From NCBI GenBank assembly GCA_965644315.1, contig CBFFRQ010000006.1:1-64000 (forward strand): a stretch of DNA of 64,000 nt, read 5' to 3'. How positions within the stretch are numbered: position 1 is the stretch's first letter; each line of letters begins with the position of its first letter. The notes beneath the pieces were generated by a model. It ran no database searches. It was not told where the DNA came from and worked only from the letters and a program-made list of their open reading frames with translations. The position numbers were made by a program, and so were the translations under genes. This document shows, piece after piece, positions 26,898 to 37,218 of this stretch. The DNA is from Caecitellus pseudoparvulus (lineage: Eukaryota > Protista > Bigyra: Bicosoecida).

Positions 26898-26921
26898 GGT
26901 GCGTCACGGATTGGTGGATCA
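26898..26921 (+). repeat. Left TIR GGTGCGTCACGGATTGGTGGATCA
   Basis: Exact reverse complement of 31414-31437; extends to 27 bp with one mismatch. Confidence 0.93.
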
Positions 26922-27230
26922 AGGCGAGATACCAACGGCTTGTGTCAATCCTGTGAGATCAACACATCGACTTAGAATCTTTCTATGTTTGCGCTAGTTG
27001 ACTGTCGGGAAAAAGAGAATGTACCATGCCTGAGGAACTGTTTTAGCCATTTTGGCGAGATCAACGAGCCGAACCTTGATTTTTTGCCCCAGGCGTTAGT
27101 GAGAAAGGGGTCGCACGCTGTCGAGACAGGAAATCAACCCTGAGAGAGTCAGCACTGCAAGAGCGGCGATTAGGACTCTGGAAATCAAGCATTGGTACAA
27201 TTATTCGGGTGTTGTGGCATTTTCGAGGCA

Positions 27231-29374
27231 ATGGAGTCCACCCAATCACGCTTGGTGCAGCCGAGCGTTTCTGTCACCCCGACAACGGCAGCATCCGTTG
27301 AGCGACGGGCCTCTGCGCCACATTCTGCATGTTGCGTGATTCAACATGTCGGTCACAAGTTGATCAAAAGGGTATACCATAAAACACAAAAGCTGCGGGG
27401 CACGAAACGTCGCAACATCGACCGCAACGACTCGATGGAGGGGGCCAGGCTGCACCCCAAAATCCGCAAGGGGACACCCACCTACGAATTCCTCACATCG
27501 GGCGAGTGCCTCACCTTCATGCGCATGAGAGCAAGAAATTTAGCCAAAGCCCTCTCTGGCTTGATATCGGACAGCTTCTTGAGGTGGAACGCCCTCAGGG
27601 ACATCCAGAATGGGCGTGAAGCCGACCTCTTGCTCGGGGTGATGATGGTGTGTGCCGGGCGCAACCGCCAAGAGATCACGTCTAGGCTGAGCATTGCCGC
27701 TACTACTCTCCAAGACAGCATTCCTCGGTTGATTCCAGTGCTGAAGACCTTCTTTTACAAAGCGCTGCCCTGGGCAGTGCTTCCAGAGCACCGCAGAGAG
27801 GCGCTTTCCTTCCATGGTGGACTGGCTCCAGGGCTGGTAGGGTTCGTAGACGGCCTGACATGGGAGACGAAAGCAACTTCTTCAGACAAAGAGAACCGCA
27901 TCTGGTACAGCAACCACCAATCGATGTACGGGTACAACTTTCTGTTGTTCTGCAGTGTTTCGGGGAGGGTTATATGGATCGAACCCATGGGCAAGGGCAA
28001 CACAGTGTCTGAGATTGCAGCCGCGCGACGAGCAACCGAGCGCATGCTGCGCTCAGGCGCCATCAAGCAAGGCGAGTACTTTGTCGGTGACGGTGTATTC
28101 CAGGGAGTCAGGCCTGCTGTGCGGCACCTTCCGGGCAACAAGGCGTTGGAGAAGATGGCGGCCCGAGTTCAGTCTCTGTGGGTCTCCTCGCCAGCCCCTG
28201 GCTCTCTGCATTCTCCACGGGACTTGGCAAGAGCAACGGCTTCCGCCCTGGCACACAAAACTGTGCAGCGTGAGATCTTCGTGTCAGGTCGCCAGGTTGT
28301 CGAGAACTGTGTGAAGGAGTTCAAGACGGTGTGTGGTCTCGTCCGATCGTCCAGTGTCAGACCATTGCAAGCGCAAACCAAGGAAAAAGAGATCAGAGAC
28401 ATGGGGTACATTACTGCTGGGATGCTCGCTTTCCAACAAGCAGAGGGGCACCGGGTTCCTCGGTCAGAGCAGTGGCTCCACATCCGCGGTTCGCGTCAGC
28501 CAGCACTCGTCCTGTTTGAGCTGTTTGCATCCTTGGCTGGAGATTGTCCTGCTTCTAATCGCCGTGACAGTGAACTTGACGCAAGCCTTCCGAGCGGCAT
28601 CGCGAAACGAAGGAGCGTATCTTTTCTTCATGACGTCTTACGGCTGCTTCGCGGGGCCGAGTTGGGTACGGCCGGGAGGCCTTCACTGGAACGAAGCGAT
28701 ATTGAGGCTGCTACTCAGCTGCAGCAAGTGCTCGCCTGGTCGGAACAAGGGAACTTGTCTCCTCTTGTAAGTGGCATTTTGTGCGGTGGTCTCACAGAAC
28801 TTGGCAGGCTGAAAAAGCAGCGCAGGCAGGTAGCTGTCTCGCCACGCTCTGGTGTCGCATCCCCTGGGGGGCCTCCTCTCCTGGCATCATGGCATCGCCA
28901 CACTCTCCACCTGGATACTGCCGCCCCGCCAAGACTGACGACGACAAGGTACGCCCACAGGAAGTCATGGATCTTGAAAAGCTGTGGGGTGCTGCAGCAG
29001 ACAAGGCTGCTCTTGCCGGCAAGCCAGTTGTAGTCGGCAAGTACAATCATGATCCTGAGCTGTCCTACCCTCGTGGGATCGTCTACGCTCTTATTGAACC
29101 CACTCGAGACACCGCCACTTTTGAGGAGTCAGAAGAGGCGTATGATGTGTGGTACTATGACAAGTACGGAGATGAACTCCTCGAGACCCTCCCTGATGGG
29201 CAGACCGGAGGGCACTTGCTCACATCCCTCCTTGAAGCAGAGACCCGCGACGTGGCAAAGAAAGACTACACGTGGCTCCCACCAGAGCACTTCAAGGAGG
29301 ACTTTGACGGGAGTCAGCTTGTCGCGTACATGATGGATTGTCAGTCCTACAACTACGGCTACGTGAACGAGTGA
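27231..29374 (+). CDS. DDE transposase (Harbinger/ISL2EU-like DDE_Tnp_4 with HTH), with a probable spliced C-terminal exon
   Basis: HTH-like segment LLLGVMMVCAGRNRQEITSRLSIAATTL. Catalytic-type motifs GFVDG (D at 27849), VGDGVF (D at 28089) and RQVVEN (E at 28302), plus WYSNHQSMYGYNFLLFCSVSGRVIWI. The unspliced ORF ends at 29033. A phase-0 intron from 28830 to 28933 or 28960 joins it to the ORF ending at 29374. Confidence 0.85.
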
Positions 29375-29379
29375 AACAA

Positions 29380-30843
29380 TCACGGGGAGTCAGAGTGCCC
29401 TCGGCGGCGTCTGTTGTATCTCGCTACGTCTTGGAGAAATGCATCTCCTGTGCTTGGCACGTTGTCAGTGAAGTTTGGGCGAGTTCTCTTGTGACCGCCA
29501 ATGGTGGGGCGGTCCGAAGCCTCGGGTGAAGGAGTTGGGGCGGGACCACCTAATCCTTCTTGCCGCATCGCACCAGAAGAGCTCGGTGGGGCACGAGAAG
29601 AAGATGGTGACCTCGAAGCACTTGCAGTGTCAGCGGGAATGTGCCCAGTTTGTGAAGAAGCTATGACACTGAGGAGCTCCACAGCTCTCCTCTGATCTGC
29701 CCGGCCCTGGTCCACTTTGTCCACGAGCAGCACGAGCATCTCTGCCATTTTCTCGAATGGTGCAAGAAGGGCAATCGCATCACGAGCAAAAGCATTTACT
29801 GCCGAAGAAATGCCCATCCCCACCAGCGCCGATTGACGCGCAGCTTCTGCTCGGGCAGCACGTTGCGCATCGGGCTCCACGGGCTCTTCCCCAGGCTGTG
29901 ACTGTCCGGCCAGATCGTGCGAGTCATGAGGCAGATGAGGATTCTCGAGCAACGCGCTGTGGCTTTGGGTGCTACTCGCAAAAGACGAATCCAAGGAGCT
30001 CTCTCCGCTGCCCTCAACTGGACCCAGCCCTCCGGTGGGCGGCGTGGGTTGGGGGGCGGGTGCTTGCCCCAGAGATATCCCGAGGGAGGGGACAGTAGGA
30101 ACGTTGCTGGCACTTCCTTGCGATTCTTGACTTACAGCTGACCCTTGGATTCCGGGTGGCCCCAGTGAACCCTGCTGGGTGTGGAGTGTTTGCATCGGCA
30201 AGCCAACAGCGTGGCTCTGGACCTGCGTGAAGGTTGCCAGGCTCGCACGAGGGGCGTTGTGGAGGTCCAAGAGTCTGCGGACCAACCACATGTCAATGAG
30301 AGCATGAAAGGAAATAGGTACGATGTCCTCGTAAACACGGAACATGGTCTGCACCATGTCCGCGACGGTTGGGTAAACAGTCCGGCTGGTGCTCGGTAGG
30401 CCTCGCATGGCACATGCCTTGTCCCACAGCTCAGTGAACACGTCTTGGAACTCAGCGTGTGCCTTGTTCAGGTTCTTCCTTGTTGCATGGTAAAACATGC
30501 AGTGGGTAGCATGAAACACGGCTGATGCATGTGCCTTGCACTTCGGCCGGGAGCACAGTCCATGACTGTCCAGCTTCTGGAAGGAGAATTCGGGGATGAG
30601 AGCGGGGTCCAATACAAAGACGGGGGCATTTCTGTTCGAAAGGCGCAGGATTGCGTCGCCCAGGATGTGTCCATCCACGGGGATGCCCAATTCAGAGAGC
30701 ATGGTAGCTGGACTTTGTAGGTTGTTTGCACCACTCGGGTCAAAGGGGCGCTCCCGAGACAGACAAGAGAAGGAAAGTGAGCCAGGAGTTGTGCCCAACA
30801 TGCCCCCCGTCACCGGGGCGTCCTTTGTGTTGTAGAGAATCGC
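29380..30843 (-). CDS. Transposon second gene (putative Harbinger-type accessory/DNA-binding protein); 5' exon unresolved
   Basis: 477-aa ORF inside the TIRs, convergent with the transposase. Globular N-terminal half with a Cys/His cluster, disordered linker, amphipathic helix and basic NLS-like tail (HKRTRP, RRRR). A pyrimidine tract plus TAG acceptor precedes 30843. Confidence 0.7.
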   Translation of the reverse strand, partial: AILYNTKDAPVTGGMLGTTPGSLSFSCLSRERPFDPSGANNLQSPATMLSELGIPVDGHILGDAILRLSNRNAPVFVLDPALIPEFSFQKLDSHGLCSRPKCKAHASAVFHATHCMFYHATRKNLNKAHAEFQDVFTELWDKACAMRGLPSTSRTVYPTVADMVQTMFRVYEDIVPISFHALIDMWLVRRLLDLHNAPRASLATFTQVQSHAVGLPMQTLHTQQGSLGPPGIQGSAVSQESQGSASNVPTVPSLGISLGQAPAPQPTPPTGGLGPVEGSGESSLDSSFASSTQSHSALLENPHLPHDSHDLAGQSQPGEEPVEPDAQRAARAEAARQSALVGMGISSAVNAFARDAIALLAPFEKMAEMLVLLVDKVDQGRADQRRAVELLSVIASSQTGHIPADTASASRSPSSSRAPPSSSGAMRQEGLGGPAPTPSPEASDRPTIGGHKRTRPNFTDNVPSTGDAFLQDVARYNRRRRGHSDSP

Positions 30844-31413
30844 CTATTTGGCAAAGGAGGGGGGGAAGTGTGACGGTATGCGTAGCGATTTCCGCACACC
30901 GTTTCAAACCCTCACAGCTGCAAGAATGGTGTGCTCCGGTGGACTCAATGCAGTCCCCCTTTGTGACTTCGCACGCCGATCTAGCCTCCCTTGGGCTTGA
31001 AGTCCCGCCTGCTTTCACGGTAGGGGAGACCTTGACCTGTGAGCAACGCTCAAAATCTTGCCGTTATGCTCACCATTCAAACTGTGCTCGAGACTTGCTG
31101 AGGAAAGTACCAAGACCAAGGCACTGAGTGGCAATTCAGTGCAAAGCGGAGAAACAGATGAGTATCCGTTTTAGGCGAACGAGCGGGCCTACGTTGCGCT
31201 GGGGCAGGGCTGCCGATCGAGACACGAGCACAAACGGCTACAAACACCCGCGTACTGCCGCACCCTCAGTTGCACGAAAAAAAGAACACCCAACAAGGCA
31301 TACATGAGTGGATGGGAGGCGCTGGTAAATTCATATTGCACAACACCTCCTCACTGTGGAAATCGACTCCGCTGGTGACAAATCACAGGGGCCCCTGGAG
31401 TTCAAACCAACCC

Positions 31414-31437
31414 TGATCCACCAATCCGTGACGCACC
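31414..31437 (-). repeat. Right TIR TGATCCACCAATCCGTGACGCACC
   Basis: Exact reverse complement of 26898-26921. Confidence 0.93.
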
Positions 31438-31554
31438 CCAACACGCCGTGAGGTGAAGTGGATCTGACGGCTCTTGCAGCATTGCCGAAGCCATCACTCC
31501 TTGCGGCACGTGGGCAGCCGCACAAGCACCAGCCACACCCAGAAGCTTCTGACA

Positions 31555-33853
31555 ATGCTCGCTGTACCTCGGGGTGGCGTGCTGGAGAGCTTCGGCGAGG
31601 GGCGTTTCTCAGTCCAGACAGGGCTGCTCGCAGCGCCACGATCTTCCGCTGCGGCCCAGCCTGATGTTGACGACGGCCAAGAGGCTGCAGTGGCGCTCAA
31701 GCACACTGCACACCATACCCGTCTCGCTCCAGGTTCGAGCTGTCTAGCATGTCAAAGGGGGAAGCGCAAGTGTGATGGGAAGGTGAGCGTGTTGCGGAAT
31801 TTGCGCGTTGCTGGATGGGCGTGCACCACCGTGCCCTGCTCCCTGCTCCCTACAGCGACCTTGCGCCCGTTGCGAGTCCAAGGGCATAGTGTGCGAGGAC
31901 GGGGATGCCGCGCGGAAGCAGGCCCGTCGCAAGGCGAACTGGAAGGCGCGGGCAGCGCTGGTGCCCAAGCAAGCAGCTGGCTCAGCTGAGCACCCAGTAG
32001 CCACGCCGCATGCTCTCCCTGCACACGACACGCCGAGTTCCCAGCCCTCAGTCACGACATCCGACCCTGAGGAGGGGCTGGGTGACTGGAGCTCTGCTTC
32101 CAGCCTCGCCTCAGGCAGCCCTGGAGCTGGTGGAAACGCTCCAGATCACAAGCTGGTGCGAGCTGCTCGCCGCTGGCGCCACAGTCAGCACTACAAGCCC
32201 CAGCACCGGTTCAACACGGGGTACTTCTTGAAGCAGGCAGCTGAAGCAGGCATTGACCCTGTGCAGCTGGTGCAGCACCTGGACACGCTGCTGCGTTCGG
32301 GGGACGATGCGACTCTGCTGCGTTTCAGTTCCGGCCCCGGACCAGGTCGCTCCCTTCCGGTGCGCCTCGTGGAACCCATAGCTGCGTGGTTAGGGCCGTT
32401 GCAGCTGCAGCGGCAGCTGGGGGCAGTGAATGGGCTGCGTTCGAGTCAAGAGCTGGCTCTGCCGTCCCTGCGGTTTGATGCAGTGCACTTGACGTACGCC
32501 GGCTTCGCAGCGACGCTCTGCGCTTTGCACTGGGATGACGAGGTGGCGGTGTGTCCTGCTGGGTACGCAGCAGTGCAAAGTGTTCCAGGTGGGGCGCAGC
32601 AGAGCGCCAGCGGCGACGATGAGCCTGCAGGAACCGTTGCAGAGTGTGCTGGCATGCAGACTGTGCCGTTGGAGGTGTTGTTTGGTCGCTGGCCACACTT
32701 GCCCAGCGTGCTGTCTTCAGCGGACGCGGAGGTGGTTGCTGACGCAGAGGGCTTTCTCGCAGCTCTGGGGCGTGGCGAGCTGGCGCCTGTGCCGTGGAGC
32801 GTCACGAGTCGGTTTCATGAACATGTGCGATGTTTGCACTTTCCAGTGTTTTCGCACTGCCTGGAGCCGGACGGACTGTCTTCGTACTTTCACTCTGTCA
32901 GCGAAAAGGCGTTGGACCTGTTCGGCGCTCAGCACTGGCCTTCCATGGATGCCAAACGCAGTGTGGCCGAGGAGGCGGCGAGGCAGTTCATGCCGCCCGC
33001 TGTGGCCATGATGCAGGACGGGCAGAAATTTCTCCACCCTGACGCACTGCTACCGCGCTGTCTGGCGCTTCTCGCAGCACAGAACATGGGCCTCTCTGCA
33101 TTTCAGTTTGAGGGCTTGTTCTTGCGTGCCCTGCCACCCACACCTGCCGATTCTGGACACCAACCCTCGGTGTCGTTTTACGGCGTCGAAACGCAGTTCT
33201 TGGAGCGCTACCGCGACGGCTCGCCCCTGGCAGTCACGCACTACTTCTCAGACGTCATGTTTGCCCGACAGCTGCCCCCTGTGCCTTCTTCCCAGCACAT
33301 GGAGCGCGTTGTGGGCGTGCTGGAAGCTCTCTCAGTCCCCTCGTCAGACACGCCCCTGCACATGCACCTTGCCGTGCGCCGGACCGGTAAGCACCCCCTC
33401 CGCGTGTTGAAGGACCTCTCAATTGACAAACATGCGCGTGCGATGTTTGCTGGGCTGTCTACCTTCGTGCTTGAGCCTGCCATGCGGCTGAAGGGCGACT
33501 CCGCGCTCAAGCGGCATTTGGACAGCTCACAGCCGCCGCCCGGCTGCCCAGCCGACCCCACGCGCCGCAACATCGCCCTGCGCTTGATGGGAGTCGTGCA
33601 GGGCGTGCAGGAGTCCCTTCCCCCTTCCGAACTGGAGTGGCTGCAGGCTGACATGCAGGACTGGCGGCGGCGGCCCTCCAAGCCAGCTGTTTTCTGCATG
33701 GGCCCATCCCGCGTGAGGGACGACGCGCCGATCATGGAGGTGTTGCCGGAAGGCAGCGACATCACCATGGGCGCCTGTTGCCCCAGCCTGGAGGCCAGTG
33801 CCCGTCCTGCTCCGGAGTCAGGAGCCAGCAGCCACGCCACTGCGCCTGCCTGA
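31555..33853 (+). CDS. Zn(II)2Cys6 (GAL4-type) binuclear-cluster transcription factor
   Basis: Removing the phase-0 intron 31783-31855 (GTGAGC...CTACAG) gives CLACQRGKRKCDGKRPCARCESKGIVC, the canonical Cx2Cx6Cx5Cx2Cx6C. The start ATG at 31555 is inferred. Confidence 0.85.
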
Positions 33854-33869
33854 GCTGATTTTGCTGTTG

Positions 33870-33877
33870 AATGCATT
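33870..33877. terminator. AATGCATT palindrome in a 41-bp convergent spacer
   Basis: Lies between the stops at 33853 (+) and 33895 (-). Confidence 0.5.
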
Positions 33878-33894
33878 GCATGTTTCGCCGCGTC

Positions 33895-34714
33895 TCATTC
33901 GCGGCTGCGCTTCTTGGACTTCTTCTCCTTCTTCTCCTTCTTCGCTTTCTTTGCCGCCTTCTTGGCTGCCGCTGCCTCAGCTTCGTCCACCTTCGGGGTG
34001 GGTGGTGGCAGCACCAGCTGCGTTGTCGCTGGGCTGGCCATGACGCGGGAATACGCTGACATGCCGGGTGGGAAGGCGGTCACATGCGTCGCCCCACCGG
34101 CAGGGTCTGCTTCCAACGCGCCATCTGCCACCAGCTGCACGATGCCAACGAGGGCAGCGTGCTCCAGTTGCGCTGCCACAGCACTGGCGCTGCTGGCAAT
34201 GAGCGTTTCACTGTCGTCATCGCCGCCTGTGACTGCACTCGTAGCAGCCTTCACGGCCGCCTCGGCGCAGTGCGCGACAGACACCGCATCAGCTCCATCT
34301 GCCTCCTGCACCGCCTTGAGGGCCTCTTGGCGCCAGTCCACCGCCGCGAAACGCTTCGCGGGGGGCATGCTAGCAGCTGCGCTGCCGGCCGACGCAGCAG
34401 GGGCAGGGGGCGTGGAGGGCTCCCCGAACGTGAGCTTCGCGCCCTTGAACTCGTTGCCCTTCATTTCCAGGCCTTTCGTGGATGTGTCAATCTGGGCGCC
34501 TGTGCGGAGGGTGCATGGGACGGGTGGTGGGTGGGCATCGCAGCCACCTCGCAAGCATCGCTGCTGCCTCACCTGCCCGAACGAATCGCCGGTACAGGGC
34601 GTTGCTGCCTGCCCGCACCAGGCGCTTGGCTGGGCCCCCGCCAAGACCACGCCCGTGTTTGGGCGCGGCCTTCTTCAGGGACATGTAGTAGTCGGCGAGT
34701 TTGTCTTCTTCCAT
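33895..34714 (-). CDS. Hypothetical protein with Lys-rich C-terminal tail (possibly nuclear/nucleolar), two exons
   Basis: MEEDKLADYY...LYRRFVRAG joins through a GT-AG intron (34572-34500) to an ORF ending KKAKKEKKEKKSKKRSRE. Confidence 0.65.
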
Positions 34715-35240
34715 CTCTGCTGGGAGTGGCGTGCCAATTTCCGCACTTGGCTGAACAGAGCCCTGCTCGCAGCAGGCAGGCAGAAACGGGTAATGCAGAC
34801 ACGCAAAGGACTGCAAAAAGGGGGTGTTAAGCATGCGGGATCTGATTTGGTTTCGCATGCGGGTTGATGTGCAACGTGTGCCTGGTTCAGGTGAGCGAAG
34901 AGCTGGAGCAGGCTTCGCAGCTGCAGAGAGACCGTTTTGGCGCTTGGAGCTGCTCGATGGTGACACTGGGAGCCAGACCAGCTGCACCATGTGCTGTCTG
35001 TCATCATGCTGCTCGCAGGCTCCCGCGTCCTGGCGCCGCCAAGGCGTCACTTGAGCATGCACTGTTGAGACAAATCATGCTCCAGCTGCGGGTACAGTAC
35101 ATTGCTCGCTGCTCCAAAACGCAACAAAAACCGTCCCTTGCACGGACAAGATCGCGTACCTGCAATATCAGCCAGGCTCAGCACATTGGGCCGCATTGCT
35201 GCAGCCAGCTGCGTGCCAGCAGCCGCCCCACAAACCAGCC

Positions 35241-36385
35241 ATGGCTGCCTCGCGGGCAGTGGCCGTGCTTCGCCGGGCAAACCTGGGGATCACAGCACGC
35301 ACCCAGTGGATGCCTGTAAGTTTTCAACTCCAAGGACGCCCCGAATTCCGCGCGGTGCTCGTCCCTTGTGCCGGGAATCGCGGCGGTTGGCTGGACTGGT
35401 TCGTGCTTCCAATTCCGCAGGTGCGAGGCATCAGCACGTCTCACACCGCCCTGCAAGAGGCAGCGGCGTCAGCTCAGAGCACAGTGGAGCTTCCGCCCAA
35501 CCTCATCTTGGACGACCCCAGTGTTCTGCAGCCGCCTCAGTCTGCGGCAGTGCCTCCGACTCACCTGGCCACGGCTGGTGCGTACGCTGCTGGCGGCGAC
35601 TCTTTCGGACTGCGTACATGACGCCCTGAATCTCACCCGTCCCGGCACAGACCTGCACTTTAGCGAGCGCAGCACAATCCCTGTGAAGCAGTTCCTGGAC
35701 GCCTCTGAAACGGGCCAGACCGTGACGTTGTCTGAGCAGTGCGTGGCGAGGAGGCACTGCCGCGTGGGCCGAAAGCAACTCCCCCTCCCCCCTCTTGCTG
35801 CACAGCGTGTTCAACGCCCCCATGCGATCTGACATCGTGCACCGAGTCGTGCGTTGGAACCTCGCCCAGGCCCGCCCCGACCACCCCGGCGCCAAGAAGC
35901 GAGGGGAAGTGTCGGGATCCACCCGCAAAATGTTCCCTCAAAAAGGCAGGGGCGCGGCACGTGCGGGCATGAACATGGTGCCTGGGCGGTACGGCGGGCC
36001 CAAGGCGCACCCCCCTCGTCCCAAGTCGTGGAAGTTCACCCTGCCACGCAAGGTGCGGCACCTTGGGCTACGGGTGCTGCTGTCGGCCAAGGTGGCCGAG
36101 GGACGACTTCACATCGTGCCCAGCCTGGCGCCGCCCACCCACAAGACCAAGGACCTCCTGGACGCCCTGGCGGCGTGGGGCGTGGAGGGCGACGAGGGTC
36201 GCGCGCTGTTCCTGTGTGAGCAGGAAGTGCACCCCAACCTGCTGCTCGCGTCTCGGGCACAGCCCAAGCTGTCCACGGCGACGTTTCGCGACGTCACGGC
36301 GCTGCAGCTGATCAAGCACAAGCACGTGTTCGTGTCTGAGGAGTCGCTGGCCATGCTGGAGCGCCGGCTCAGTGCGCTGGCGTGA
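35241..36385 (+). CDS. MRPL4: Mitochondrial ribosomal protein uL4m, multi-exon
   Basis: Arg-rich transit-like N-terminus (MAASRAVAVLRR). uL4 motifs VFNAPMRSDIVHRVV, KKRGEVSGSTRKMFPQKGRGAARAG, GGPKAHPPRP and LPRKVRHLGLRVLLSAK. Confidence 0.9.
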
Positions 36386-36394
36386 GGCAGCAGC

Positions 36395-36402
36395 AATGCA
36401 TT
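36395..36402. terminator. AATGCATT palindrome in a 31-bp convergent spacer
   Basis: Lies between the stops at 36385 (+) and 36417 (-). Confidence 0.5.
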
Positions 36403-36416
36403 GACAGAGGGTGGCG

Positions 36417-36922
36417 TTACAACAGCAGGCGTGCGCGTTTGGACAGCGATGACTCGCCTCCACGCACGATGGGCAGGGGCCTGCTTTCAAAGATGACTTT
36501 CTCGTGCACATAGCCCACGATGCTGAATGCAGGCGTGGGCGGCACACCGGCACCCGCGGCGTCAGGCTGCGAAGCTGGAGCGCCAGCCGTGCTGGGTGAG
36601 ACAGGTGTGAACTGTGCTGGCACACTCGAACTGCTGGGCAGCTTCTGCATGACGGCCAACGGGGCCTTCAGCTTCTGAACCTTGCCTTCCAGCTCATGGT
36701 GGCCGATCACGATGAACGGCTTCCCCTGCGGTGTCAACAGGGGCGCAGGGTGCGTGCCACCGCTTTGCACCCCTGCGGATTTTGAGCCCTCACCTCCCGC
36801 ACAGAGATTGTCCCGACGCTCTGCCCGTCGAGTGTGTCTTGGTCAGCAGAGCGCAAGGTGCCTTGCAACTCGATGAGCATGTACTTGAGCTTTTCGCCGT
36901 GGGTATGCACGGGGATGATCAT
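36417..36922 (-). CDS. CTF8: Chromosome transmission fidelity protein 8 (Ctf18-RFC subunit), two exons
   Basis: MLIELQGTL, IVIGHHELEGKVQKLKAPLAVM and KVIFESRPLPIV are Ctf8 hallmark segments. Confidence 0.88.
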
Positions 36923-37218
36923 GGCAGCACGCCGCCTGGTCTCCTCGCGCCAACCTTCGTTTGAGCTGCCAAGGCTCGCCGGCACACAGCACAGACGGGA
37001 GCACAGGTGCAGCACGCTCGACCAGGGACAAGTCCCCAAGCCCCCGCCTAATAATCAGACTACTTGCATTGTATCTTTTCTCCCAAGGTGTGCGGGGAGT
37101 CCCTTCCGTTGCGCAGGTTGCCATGCGTGGCGCTCAGTCGATGGACGACCCAACCCACTTGACACCACCTCCCCGCCGAGATGACCACACCGATGTGACG
37201 CCCTCTCAGCACACCCCC

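Larger units (their letters stand above)
26898..31437. mobile_element. PIF/Harbinger-(IS5)-like DNA transposon, 4,540 bp, apparently intact and autonomous
   Basis: Perfect 24-bp terminal inverted repeats, CCAA directly flanking both ends, an internal DDE_Tnp_4-type transposase, a convergent second ORF and visibly lower GC than the flanks. Confidence 0.9.

Noticed and set aside
28781-29374. Independent third transposon gene in an overlapping frame
   Set aside because: Better explained as a spliced last exon of the transposase, since donor and acceptors match in phase and the 5' part looks non-coding. Not fully excluded.
29380-30813. ORF2 as a Fanzor/TnpB-like RNA-guided nuclease or a YqaJ exonuclease
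   Set aside because: No RuvC D-E-D motifs, terminal CxxC...CxxC finger or PD-(D/E)xK pattern seen, and the C-terminal half is low-complexity.
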